Below, piece by piece: positions 23,101 through 35,068 of a DNA stretch of 64,000 nt (position 1 is its first letter; every line of letters starts with the position of its first letter). The translations under genes and the position numbers were made by a program. Origin of the DNA: Chara braunii (taxonomy: Eukaryota; Plantae; Charophyceae); assembly GCA_003427395.1 (NCBI GenBank), contig BFEA01000004.1:4065328-4129327 (forward strand), read 5' to 3'. The notes below the pieces were generated by a model. The model saw only the letters and a program-made list of their open reading frames with translations. It did not search any database and was not told the DNA's origin.

Positions 23101-26100
23101 TGAATATACATGGAGTTGCCGCAAGCCGCTCCGGTCGAGTGCGCCAACCATACCTCTCGCGAGCCTCTACGACAGGATAGGGCCTACGCGAGGAACAACA
23201 TTCCTCCACCTTACGGGAGCTGTCACCTCCCTTCGGTGGGCGTATCCCCGCCGAGCTACCAGTCCACAGTACGTAAGCTGATCAGCTGCAATCGTAGAGG
23301 TGGACCAGCCGAGGGCGTTTCTCGTTCGTTGTAGCATAGGGGGTACGCGCGGTATTACGCCTCTATCGAACCTGCACGTGAACCGACATCTTGGGGGGCT
23401 GAGGTCCCAAGCGCCATTCGTCGGCGGTCGACTAGGACGCATCCCACACTTCACGCGCACACCACTATAAAAAACATTAAAAAAAAAAAAAAACCACATA
23501 CGCACATACGTATACATATACAGAACGACAGAGAACCAAACAACGCGACAACACTCCTAGTCCCTTAGTAGTCATCCCATAACTCCCGGATGCGGAAATT
23601 GGATAGGAGTCGCGCGCGAGACTTAGTATAAAACCGTGCGGACGCAGGGCTAACTCATATCAACTCGCAATGCAAGCGTATGCAAGCGGTCTCAGTGATG
23701 GCGTACCATGTAGTACCTATACTCATGCGGTCCTCGTTAATGTCGAGGGTCGCGTTCGACACTCAAGTGTCGGCTGACATGCGCCTTGAGGGATTGATCT
23801 CTCGACGCTGGACAACCGCCAAGTGCGGTTGAGAACCACACCCTCGTCTTCACCCTGCAGAGAGTGGGTGGTACACAGGTTCATACCTGTGGTGGCAATC
23901 GTTTCTTATTGCCCTGGAGACCAGCTCCATTATCTAGGGCCTGTGGAAAAGTCAAGGGGTTTGACTTTGATGGATGCCACGTACTACAACGTCCAGCTAT
24001 AGAAATTCTAAAGAGCAAAGGCTTAAAAGGAAAAGTCTCATTTCCCTCGAAAACATAATCTGTTTAACCCTTACGCGCGATCATAGTGGGCCGCACGAAA
24101 CACTCAAGATATATATATTCACATATATATAGAGGGTTATTAATATAGGACAATCACTTCTCACAGTCATAGTGGGACTCCTCTCGGCCATATATATATG
24201 TATGTGAGCACAGACAGTCAAATCCAAAGTCCCTGTTATCAGTGATAACATAAGGTGATCCTCGTAGGAACAACTAAATTTTGCCCAAGTCCTGAATCAA
24301 TTGATCAAGAGGACCTGTAACACAAGACAGGTCAATCCCCAAGCTAAATCTATAAGTCCATGGAGAATAATCCCCATATCACGATCTCACTCAAATCAGC
24401 TTAATTAACTAAGCCTAAGTTTACCTCTAAGCAAGTGCCCAAAGAAAGGTAGACCCTGGCAGAGTCTCCTCTATATAGAGTGCATCGCCAGAATAGCCAC
24501 CTGTCAAAACATAATCTAACTCCTTTAAACTAAGGAAATTTCGGCAGCGCTTCCCGTAGGAAAAGTGCCTTTCCAAGATTTATATCAGCCCGAATATAGA
24601 AACAAAAATAATCTTCAACTTTCCAAAGTCAAATTTTGTCTAACTCCTTGAATTAGCAAAAATTTGGGCGGCACTCCCTTCAAAAAAGGAGACTTCCCAG
24701 ATTTTTACTGAGCCATATAAAATTAAGTCAAGTTGAACTTTGAAAAGTCAAAAGTTGACTAACTCCTTGGATTTGCAGAAATTTCGGCAGTGCTTCCCGT
24801 AGAGAAAGTAGCTTACCAAAATTTATACAAAGCCAAGTATAACAAAAAATCCCAGAAAATGCAGAAATTGACCTAAGTAAAATAAACGTAGCTCATAAAA
24901 TGCAGGAATTGAAACTGACTCCCATGGGTCTAGCATGTGGAGAGCAACTAAAGCAGCTACCTATCAAACTGAAATTCAAACCAAGTAGTGGTCACACTCA
25001 ATCACATGCAAGGCAAACCACAAAGGTAAGTACTCTCACCATCCCAAGTCCGTAGTCGATTCTGTCTCCTACGCGCAGCCTTCAGCGTCGTCCCCGACTA
25101 AACCACCAACCCATCATTAAGACTTACGGCGACATCACGCTCGCACCGCCCCGAAACCTCAAGCTCTAACCTTCAATCGCCCGTTTTCGTCAAGAGACGG
25201 GTAGGCTAAGTGATTTCTACTCTTTCCATAGCTGGTTTCGAAAAACCTCCGCGCAGTCTATGCACTCACTAACTCTTTTCTTACTAACTTTCCCTCCATT
25301 CTGGTCTCACCATGTAACTCGCAATACATCAAAACCTCTAAAACGAAACTTCTCTCGCTCGATTTCATCCAGAAATGAGCGAGATACGCATTCCCTTCTC
25401 CTCATCTCTTTCGCTCCCGCCATCGCCAACACACTCATTTTCTTAGTACAACCTAATCTACTAACTTTTGACTAAAACTAATAGCGCTATCACGCTCGCG
25501 ATGATCGAAAACCCCCGTTCCACACTTTATTCCTCTTGATTCCATTGAGGATCGGCCGAGAAATCATTTTTCCCGTCTCTCTCCCTCACCCGTTTCTCCG
25601 TATGCGGCGCAATCGTTTTTTTTCGCATCTCCTCAAACACTAACTCCCTTCCAACTCCGACTTCACAATCGTGTTCGCCTAGGCCTAAACCCCCTATCCA
25701 CCACCCTACTTCGTGTAAGTTTGCTAAGAAGCGGTCGAGAAGAATCATCCCTGCCCCCGTCGTTCCTTTATCTTCCACCTAATTGCCTTCATCGTTCACT
25801 TTCGAATGTACCTAGCGCAGATTCGCGTCTAGGTTTATACTAATTCCTCCTTTCGGTTGATGCTACCGGCTCTCCGCTCTCTTCTGTTGATGTCGCGCTT
25901 CGCATCACTGCGCAGCGTCCATCAGCGCCATCCCCCCCTGGCTACGCCCTGCTCCGACATCGGTCACCACCTTTCAGATCGTAACGAGCACGCTTACACT
26001 CACCTCTCACAGCGGATTACGAACGGGGCACCAACAGACTGCGCCCCGCCTCAGGTACGATTACCCCGAGGGGTCCTTCGATGGTAAACCGATTATCTGA

Positions 26101-27480
26101 CCGAGGCTTCCAGGGAAACCAACTGTTGGACGGTTCTATTAGTCATCCGCCCCATACCGCATTTGATGAACAATCTGCCCAACGGTATTTGCTGTGATTT
26201 TCTTCCAGTGCGTGGCCCCATTGCCGTGCACCACATTGTCGTGTCTCCAACCACAACGGAGTTTCTCCACAGCCTCGAGCCCCCAACGAGCATGCTACCC
26301 ACTGACAACGGCCTTAGTGTCGACAGCGCCGGCATGTTGCAGACTCGTGGCATGGTTTGAGGTGCAGCTGTCCTCTGCAAGATCTTGGTAGTAGTATAGT
26401 GCTTAAATGAAAGTTTTGACGTCCAAGTGGAGAAGGGTTTCACGCAGACAGTAGTGAGGCAGTTTGGGCCGCCCAGCCGGTACAGCTGCTGCCTCCGAGC
26501 AATACTTGCCGGCTCTCGCTCAAGCATATAGATCATTCGCCTTCTCTTGGCAGATAGTGGGCGGCAGGCTGGGCACCTTTAGTGGCCTACAACACACAGG
26601 CTTTTCCTCAACCCCATTGGCTAAACTATCCACCGGTTCGCATGCACGTTGAACTCCTCGATCCATGTTTCAAAGCATTCAAGCCAGGGGAATTTCACCA
26701 GCATCTCGAACACGTGAGGAACCCATAAGTCAACAAAAGGAGATGCATACTCAGGGTCCTCGACCTCCGTGATAACCTCTAAATCCAGCGTCGAGTCTTA
26801 GTCAAGAAATGCTGGAGCAAAATAATCATAATACAACAATAAATAATAAAATATTTAGAGACTTTCAATCGTCAGAATATGGCGAAATGAAGAAAAATAA
26901 AATGCTAGCCCCATCCTGACGCTACCGACGACAAAATCAAGGGGGATAGCCCCGTCGGGCCCTCCTCGCTATTCTGATATCCCACATCGCCACCACTCAC
27001 TCTCGTTCCCAGAATCTTTCATACGAACGTCCGACATTGTAACGAATAGTGTTGGGCCCAAGTCTAGGTATTATTCTAGCGGACTCCTAAATAAACAGAT
27101 ACCGCACGCCGCGCGGGTCAACCGATAATGCTTCAACGTCTCCTTGTTGTCGATGTCGTCCTCTGCGCATACGCACAAACCATAGACAAGCATACTAGTC
27201 AAAGAGACAAGATCTCTTTAGTCTTAACTTAATCAGAAATAAAAATCAGGCCGGCGATCCCGCCGACTCTTCAATCATCAACAAATAAAAATCACGCGCG
27301 CCTCAAAGCTTGCGCGCCTCAAAGCTTGCGCGCCCACACACCCTCTGTTCTAGTCAACCATCCAGCCAATGTAAACCTCAGACACAGTCGCGCCGTCGAG
27401 CGGTGTACTTGAAACTTTAAACCAAACTTATTTTCTGCCGTTTGCAAACACCAGGGCGAATACCCTTGTAAGGGTATTCA
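23101..27480. mobile_element. ~4.4-kb solo-LTR-like insertion inside the hAT coding region
   Basis: Termini TGAATA...TATTCA. Flanks CGTCG and CACCG each differ from CGCCG by one transition. Removing it rejoins acidic hAT C-terminal sequence. Confidence 0.55.
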
Positions 27481-30061
27481 CACCGACAACGCCGCTCGTC
27501 TCATCCGACAATCACACTTCCCCTTCCACAACTCATCATCCAAGTCACTGTCGTCGGTGCGCTCGTCCTCTTCGTCCTCGAGCTTCTTCGGAATCTTTCC
27601 CTTCGGTGTGTTCACGAAGGTACTTCGCCGCACCAGCTCCTCATCCGTCTTCTCAGTTTCGTCCTTGGGGGCCTTCAAGATAGATCCATCGTTCTCGTCT
27701 GGCTTTGGAATAGCCTCGAAGAACGAACTCCACAGATCAACGTAGCCCTCGCCGTTGGCACCACTGTTGTTGGCAACACGCAGTAGTTGCATGTTCCAAT
27801 GGATGTACACCAGCTTCTGCAATGTTTCGGGCTGCAAGTTGTTCCTCCTTTTGGAATGCACGAAGTCCATGAATGACCAATTCCTCTCAGCCGGGGTTGC
27901 TGTACTCTACATGCCCATCACTTTGATGGCATTGGCCTGCAAGTCGGGGACATTACGCCATAAGTCGCCCACCACTCTGACGACCGGGGTTGCTGTACTC
28001 CACATGCCCATCACTTTGATGGCAATGGCCTGCAAGTCGGGGACATCGTTGCCATAAGTCGCCCACCACTCTGACGGTGTGAGCTTCTCGCAATCAGCCT
28101 TCGCCTCGGGCTCCCACATCTTCTTGTCCTTTCTCTTAGGCCCTTTCGGCGTGGGCGCCTTGTGAAACTCGTGCAGGTCACCCAAAACCTCAAGGTGGTC
28201 TGGCCCTTTCCAAGCACCTCCAACCTGTCTCTGCAGGTAACGCATCGCGTTCTACACAATTGCACTGTCCCGATCATAAAGCCACCGTGGACTTCTCCTG
28301 CGCGGGTCTAGAAGAAACGCCAGTGCATGAACAGGGTGCCGCATCATCTTCACACGATCTTTGACTTTGTCCATGACGCTCGCCCGCTGCTCCTCAGTGA
28401 GAACCACGTGAGTCAGTTTCCTTTCAGTCAGGTCGTTGTATTCGACGAGGTTTGTTGGTGATGTTCCATCCCGATCCATCCTCTTCAGAAGCTGTACAAC
28501 GGTTCCATCACATCGACCACCTTCTTCAACTCCGTCCACCAGCCGTCTCTCCTCAAGGTGAAGTACACCAGGTCCGATTTCGACTTCAACTTCGAAGTGG
28601 ACCAACGCATCCCCGTCCACTATGCTGCATTTTTACGATCCACCATATCCAACAACACTGCCCTCCTGTTCTGAAGCCTCTCCAAATCATGTACACTGAC
28701 CCGAACCGAACTTCAGTGGGACGAAGCAATGTCAGGGAATCGCCCATGGACATCATCAGGCTATTCGTGTAGTGGTGGTTCCGGATGAATTTTGCAATCG
28801 TGTGACCTCTCTTGACAGTGCTCTTCACCCAGTCTAGCTTGTTGAATCTCGCAGCAAAAGGCTGGAACAATGCGCAGCGCAAGGAACCCATGGAATCCTT
28901 GAAATGTCTTTGTTAGTGCGGCGCTCGAGAATGTGAGCAGCCTTCTTGTTCACCTTGACATTGTTGGTGCAGATCGCGTTGATGCGATGCACCTCTATCT
29001 CCCTCATGATCCGCTCCCACAACTTTGCCAACGCCTGCGCTGTTTTCTTCCTTGCGGTCATTGACACTGTGGCCACGAGAAATGCACCTTTCTCCCCCGT
29101 TGCCAAGAAGTTCACGATAGGGCGCTCTTGACGGTCGGATGAACCGTCCGTGATGAATGTACAGCCTGATTCGTCCCAACAGGTTGTCAAAGGATGCACT
29201 TGCTTTTGAATATGCAAGAGCTTGACCTCTGGTCGTGCATTCGCCACTTCCAAGTAAACTTCGTGGAGCTTTTGCGCCGTGTCAAAATTCAGGAAGTTGA
29301 ACGCAATACCAGCACGGAACATCGCCTCCGCCCACACTATATCCAGCTTCTTCTGTGCATCATTGTCCACCCATCTCTTGATTGATGCCTGCTGCAATGA
29401 TGCCACCCTCGTGTTTGACCTTGAACCTTCCGCAAGCCCTTCGTCTGCAGCGGCAACCGACTCTGTTCGCGAAGCTGTTTTTGGTGGTGCCATCCCCGCA
29501 ATAGTTGGTGGTTGCGGCTCCTCGTACCCGCAAACGAGCGGCTCCACCTCTTGAGTCTCCGAAGCAGGGCCCCCCCGTTCCGAAATGCCATGCAACTGCC
29601 TATAGTTCTTAAGGAGGTACCTCGTCTTTTTGTCGGTCGGCAGCACCTTCGCACGGGCGACCACGAGCTTGTGTACGATCTCCCCTGTCCTCAAGGGACA
29701 CGACTTTAACAACTTCAAAAAATGTTCCATTGCCCTTGTGCTCGTGCCCCTCCAAATTTGCGTGCATAGCCGACACTTCCGCCAATACTCTCGTCGACCC
29801 TTCGGCAGGGCTTCTTGACCTTGTATAACATATTTCCACACCTCCCGGGCGCGCTGCAGTTGGTGTTGCCCCTGTGTCATCCTGAGGAACAAACAGAGAG
29901 GGGTATGACGCCGGGGTGGGTTCCTTTGCAGTCACCCCAGATGTGGGAGCACTAGAAATGGCACTGGCCTTTCCTTTGTCTGTTGATCCTGAAGGAGGTC
30001 TCCTCCTTCCGGATCCGCCACTGCCACCACCTGCTGCAATGCCACTGCTGCCACCCGCCAT
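27481..30061 (-). pseudogene. hAT transposase (BED zinc finger, DUF659, hAT dimerisation domain), frameshifted
   Basis: VWKYV...KCRLC...AMEHFLKLLKSC (BED), GCTFITDGSSD, WVPCAAHC, LLRPTEVRFGS, PVHALAFLLDP, SEWWATYG.DVPDLQAIAIKV, AERNWSFMDFVHSKRRNNL. A ~93-bp tandem duplication lies at 27891-28077. Confidence 0.92.
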
Positions 30062-30189
30062 TGAACACCAACGTGTGGGAGCACTCGCCAACAAACACTG
30101 AACGCAACCCCCCTGGCCCCCCTTTCAACCCCTCACACAAAAAAAAAAAAAACGAAGGTGGGATATAGTGGATGTTTGTGCGACACGTG

Positions 30190-31027
30190 AAGAAGAAGAC
30201 GAAGGAGGAGGAGAACAAGAAGATGATGATGATGATGAAGAAGAAGAAGGTGGGACTATGAAGAAGATGATGATGATGATGATGATTGGCGGTGGAGTAT
30301 GGCGGCCAGGGGGGTGAGAAACAACGGCGAGAAGAAGAAGAAGAAGAAAAAGAAGAAGAAGAAGATGATGATGATGATTGGCGGTGGAGGATGGCATCGA
30401 GAAACAACGACGAGAAGAACAAGAAGAAGAAGAAGAAGAAGAGGATGTAGAATGGGTGGTGGAGGATGGAGGGTCGGGGGCTGAGAAAGGGTGGGCGAGA
30501 AGAATAAGAAGGAGAAGGAGAAGAAGGAGAAGAAGAAGAAGAAGAAGAAGAAGAAGAAGAAGAAGAAGAAGAAGAAGAAGATGGGTGGTGGAGGATGGTG
30601 GACAGGTGGTAATAAAGGGTGGGCGAGAAGAATGAGACAAGGTGGCCGAGAGGAAGAAGAAGAAGATGAGTATGTTAGGTGGTGGAGGATGGCGGTCAGG
30701 GGGTGAGGATGATGTAGATGGGTGGTGGAGGATGGAGGGCGGGGGGTGAGATAGGGTGGGCGAGAAGAAGAAGAAGAAGAAGGTGATGAAGATGGGTGGT
30801 GGAGGAGCAGAGGAAGATAAAGAAGGTGATGAAGACGGGTGCTGGAGGCGACGCGGCCCCAGGCGCGCCTGCACTAGACACTGTCGACAGACAAAAAAAA
30901 ATAAAAAATGGTGGTCGGGGATGGCGGGTAGGGGGGCAACAAGAAGAAGAAGGAGAAGAAGAAGAAGAAGAAGATGATGATGGTTGGAGGTGGAGGATGG
31001 CGGCCAGGGTATGCGAAACAACGGAGA

Positions 31028-31058
<31 letters not shown>

Positions 31059-31618
31059 AAGAAGAAGATGTATATGGGTGGTGGAGGATGGAGGGCCGGG
31101 GGGTGAGAAAGGGTGGCCGAGAAGAAGAAGAAGAAGAAGGAGAAGAAGGAGAAGGAGAAGAAGAACAAGGAGAAGAAGAAGGGGAAGGAGAAAAAGAAGA
31201 AGAAGATGATGAAAATGGGTGGTGGAGGATTGCGGACAGGTGGTACTAAATGGTGGGCGAGAAGAAGGAGACAAGGTGGCTGAGAGGAAGAAGAAGAAGA
31301 AGATGAGTATGTTAGGTGGTGGAGGATGGCGTCCAGGGGGTGAGGATGATGTAGATGGGTGGAGGGCGGGTGGTGAGATAGGGTGGGCGAGAAGAAGAAG
31401 AAGAAGAAGAAGAAGGTGATGAAGATGGGTGGTGGAGGAGCAGAGGAAAATGAAGACGAGTGCTGGAGGCGATGCGGCCCCACGCGCGCCTGCACTAGAC
31501 ACTGTCGGCAAACAGAAAAATAAAAAATGATGGTGGTCGGGGATGGCGGGTAGGGGGGGCGAGAAGATGAAGAAGAAGCGAAGGAGGAGGAGGAAAAAAG
31601 GAAGAGGAAGAAGAAGAA

Positions 31619-31650
<32 letters not shown>
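30190..31650. repeat. Complex (GAA)n/(GGT,GAT) polypurine array with a duplicated ~400-bp block
   Basis: Block ...GGACAGGTGGTA.TAAA...CGCGCCTGCACTAGACACTGTCG...GGGATGGCGGGTAGGGGGGC at ~30580-30940 and ~31215-31560. The overlapping long ORFs are low-complexity artefacts. Confidence 0.9.
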
Positions 31651-32229
31651 TCTCTCGCTCTCTCTCTCCTACTAACCCACTTACCTTGGCGCGGCAGCGC
31701 GTCGGCGGGCGTCGACGGGCGTCGGGGGGTGACTACGGTGTTGGCGGGCGTTGGCCGGCGATGGCGGAGCTCCGTCGAAGTGACCTGACAGGGGCCGAAG
31801 TGAGGCGTCGGGGGCGAAGTGACACGTCGGGCGGGAAAGGCCACGGGGGAGAGGACGAGGGCCGATGATTTCCGTTTTGAACAATTCAAAATCGCGGCCC
31901 ATCTGGGCGGTCGATCCTGGAGATTGACGGCGCAGATGGGCCCTTATTTCAAATTGTTGAAATCGGGCCTACCGGCCTTTTTTTTTTTGGTTTGTTGGCC
32001 CCACGCTTTGAAAACGGCCCGAAACCCCCCTCTTTCTAGGATGCGCTGGGGTCGCCCGGTGGCCAACCGGGCAGGCGGGCTGCCCCCCCCCCCCAAGGCG
32101 ACGAACAGGTCGCCGGGCGGCTCGGGGTTCAGCCTAGGTTTTTTATGATGTCAACAAGCTTGGTATTGCTTTTTCTTGCTTGACGAGGCACAACATTTTT
32201 TTTTCCCTTTCCTGCCCAGCTCAAATGTG

Positions 32230-32322
32230 GGCTACCAATCGGGCTGTCCGCGTCACCTTGCTTGCTCGGGTGGCCTGGCTGGGCAAGAACCAGGGAAGGT
32301 CCCCGCAAAAATAAAAAAAGAA
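32230..32322 (+). repeat. ~90-bp A-tailed SINE-like repeat (other copies 33713-33808 +, ~46420-46530 -)
   Basis: Shared GTCACC...GGCAAG..CCAGGGAAGGTCC followed by an A-rich tail in three places. Confidence 0.55.
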
Positions 32323-32925
32323 AGCACGATACTATAATGACAATAAAAGAGGCCTGGAAGGCCGTCCTGTCCAGATTCAGGTAATTGAATTGGTTGCGCT
32401 TAAACCATGGGTACGATCCGGACGTCCGGACCGCCGTCCAGACGGTCTGGATTCAGTCTGGACTCCAGACGTCCGGTTTGGAAGGTCTGGACCTGCCAAA
32501 ATTCGAGGGGGGGAAAGAAAAAAAACGGTCCAGGACCCTTCCCCATTGAGGAGCCAAGCCCCTAAAATTGTTTGGGGGGGGTTTCAGGCCCGTTTATGCT
32601 TTTTTGGGGGGTTCGGACATGCTCTCTCTCTATAATGATTTATTAGACAACCCCAATTTTTTAATTATAAATAATTCATTACCTTTTATTAGTTTTTAAA
32701 GTTTTTTTTAATTGCTTTTTTATGGTTTTTGACTTGTAACTCAAGTTTGGTTAGGAATTCTAACATGACTCTGAGGCAAAAGTGGTTTGCATTGTTATTC
32801 TGCATAGCATACTTTTTTTTCAGATTTTTTATTTTTATTTTTTTTAATGGTTCGGACATTTCCGGACCTGTTCAGACATCCGGACCATCGGGGTCCCCCC
32901 ATCTCCAGAGGGTCTGGAAATGTTT

Positions 32926-32960
32926 GGAAGTGATTGAGCAATTACAACCAGGAGGTGGGC
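32926..32960 (+). pseudogene. rnl: Mitochondrial LSU rRNA fragment (NUMT)
   Basis: GGAAGTGATTGAGCAATTACAACCAGGAGGTGGGC resembles plant mitochondrial 26S GGAAGTGATCGAGCGATGACAACCAGGAGGTGGGC. Only 35 bp. Confidence 0.5.
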
Positions 32961-33239
32961 GGCTGTCATGCCGGTGGCATTGCCGGGTAGTTGACGGTAC
33001 CTCGCTTGAAAAGCTTATGAAGCTTTGAGATGGGATAGTCAAAGGAGAATTTGAATGGGGAGCAACTCGTATTCTGCCAAAGCCTGGGAAGAAGAAAAGC
33101 GTCCGCTTATCTCACCTTGTATGCCGAAGGCGGTGTCATACCTTGAGGTAATAAAAAAACTCAAAAAATGAAGTCTCCATCATAGAAAGCGGTACTTAAC
33201 CAGTGGGCCTCGTTTATTAGAAAGAGCCGCCAAAATGTC

Positions 33240-33402
33240 ATTGTACAATAGGTGACCTAACGGCCGCCCGACTAAGCATGCCAATAGTGGCAAAATTCAT
33301 GTGAGCTACTGAAGACTATGCAATGATCTTTTTCAGATCGATTTGTCTTAATGTAGTTACGAAAGTATATATTATAGCAATCACACTAAGAGTATGAACA
33401 AA
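33240..33402 (-). pseudogene. nad4: Mitochondrial nad4 exon fragment plus 5' end of its group II intron (NUMT)
   Basis: FVHTLSVIAIIYTFVTTLRQIDLKKIIA*SSVAHMNFATIGMLS is NAD4 with Tyr changed to a TAG stop at 33316-33318. It is followed at 33269 by GGGCGGCCGTTAGGTCACCTAT, the intron start I recall for nad4i976. Confidence 0.9.
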
Positions 33403-33480
33403 TTTTAAGTCTGTCATGTTTACCCGGAGGAGCTGATAAGAAACCCGAGAAAAGCCAGCCCGTTTTATCATAGAGACAAT

Positions 33481-33571
33481 TTTGGGCAAAAGAAATTCCC
33501 AGGTGTGACGGGCGGTGTGTACAAGGCCTGAGTACATATTCACCGAGGCATGCTGATCCGCGATTACTTGC
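33481..33571 (-). pseudogene. rns: Mitochondrial-type SSU rRNA 3'-region fragment (NUMT)
   Basis: AATTCCCAGGTGTGACGGGCGGTGTGTACAAGGCCTGAGTACATATTCACCGAGGCATGCTGATCCGCGATTACT spans the universal 1392R region and has the plant-mitochondrial GTACATATTCACCG variant. Confidence 0.88.
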
Positions 33572-33878
33572 TACTTCGCCAGTAGGGAATTCCGGACGTT
33601 TGGAAACTACCAGACACGGGTCAAGTTCCATGTCCGAAAATGTCTGGGTCCGGGTCCGGCGTAGCCATGGCTTAAAGAATTAGCCTTTTAAGAAAAAAAG
33701 AAAAAAAAAACTAGGCTACCAGCAGGGCCGCCAAGGTCACCCTATATTCCTGGATGCCCAGGCCGTGCAAGGACCAGGGAAGGTCCTAGCAAAAAAAAAA
33801 AAAAAAAAGGACATGAAAAAAATTACGAAAAAAAAACTCGGAGCGCAGTTAAAATCAGGGTCGGCAAAAACAGGCTCG

Positions 33879-34248
33879 GAGGTACTGGTGGTTTAAACCA
33901 CCAGTACCTCGCTCAGCTATCTAGTCCGAGGCTCGGACTACCGGTAGCCCGATCATCCCCGAGCCTCAGACTTTATTGCCGAGCCTTGGAATAAAGTCCG
34001 AGCCTCGGACAATCAGTAGTACACAACCGAAAAAGAAAAAAACGAAAAAAACAACAAAACGTACAACATTCTGCAAAAAAAAGTGAAAAAAAAAAACAAA
34101 AGAAAATCAGACAAGCCCAACGAGAATGAATCTTCCTGGATAACGAGGGAGATTCATTCTCGTGGGAGGNNNNNNNNNNNNNNNNNNNNNNNNNNNNNNN
34201 NNNNNNNNNNNNNNNNNNNNNNNNNNNNNNNNNNNNNNNNNNNNNNNN

Positions 34249-34280
<32 letters not shown>

Positions 34281-34343
34281 AATGCGGAGTGTCGGACTCC
34301 GAGTTTGGCGCACCAAACTCGGAGTCCGACACTCCGCATTCCC

Positions 34344-34386
<43 letters not shown>

Positions 34387-34500
34387 ACAAATCGGAAGTG
34401 GCGGTGTATATTTCCATGTTGTAGGGGGAGATTCATTCGATATTGCTCCTCTCGGTGGAAGTACCGAGCGGGGGCGAAGCCGCGATATTCTGTTACCTGT

Positions 34501-34550
<50 letters not shown>

Positions 34551-34621
34551 CGGGCATATGAGAATGAATCTTCCGCTTTATCGCGGAAGATTCATTCTCA
34601 TATGGCCCTTGTGTGTGTGTG

Positions 34622-34690
<69 letters not shown>
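33879..34690. repeat. Cluster of palindromes / foldback structures
   Basis: 32-bp perfect palindrome at 33879-33910. 50-bp-arm hairpin at 34259-34362 (loop CGCA). MITE-core hairpins at 34117-34166 and ~34500-34690, the latter with (TC)(AC)/(GT)(GA) arms. Confidence 0.9.
34170..34248. other. Assembly gap
   Basis: Run of N. Confidence 1.
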
Positions 34691-34691
<1 letters not shown>

Positions 34692-35068
34692 CGTCAGAGT
34701 GTCTGACGCCGCACCCCCCCCCCTGCCACGCCCGTTTCAGTTTTCAGTTTTCGTTTTTCATCGACGTTGTTTTTTTTTTTGTTTTTTTGTTTTGTTTTGG
34801 CACGGTGATTTGGGGGTTATTGGTCGTTGGCCGGTGGGTACCCCTCCCGACGCGGCGCGTATACGGGAAGCGCCGCGTTCGATAGCTGGGCCAGGTACTG
34901 GTGATTTAACAACTCTTGCCTCGAAATGACATCGAAATTCTTTGCCAATTTTAAAATAAAAAACTGAAGTTAGAAAATAATTTTTATTTTCTTTTTTCTT
35001 TTTTCTTTTTTTTGGGCCCGGTTGGGCAAGTGGCCGTGGGCCACTCTGGTAGCCTAGGAAGAAAGGCA

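Larger units (their letters stand above)
21860..32136 (-). mobile_element. Large decayed hAT DNA transposon, interrupted by a 4.4-kb insertion
   Basis: Candidate 5' terminus TAGGCTGAACCCC (minus strand) at 32136, with GC-rich subterminal repeats. Transposase at 27481-30061 continues after the insertion at 21860-23100. No matching 3' TIR found. Confidence 0.75.
32406..33669. mobile_element. Non-autonomous hAT-type element carrying mitochondrial DNA
   Basis: TIR CATGGGTACG / CGTAGCCATG. 8-bp TSD GCTTAAAC (32398-32405) / GCTTAAAG (33670-33677). TCCGGAC subterminal repeats at both ends. Confidence 0.8.

Noticed and set aside
30125-31889. Long ORFs of 397-456 aa
   Set aside because: They are translations of (TTC)n/(GAA)n repeats with no domain content.
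33481-33571. Functional rRNA gene or bacterial contamination
   Set aside because: A 90-bp mutated fragment embedded next to nad4 sequence inside a nuclear TE.
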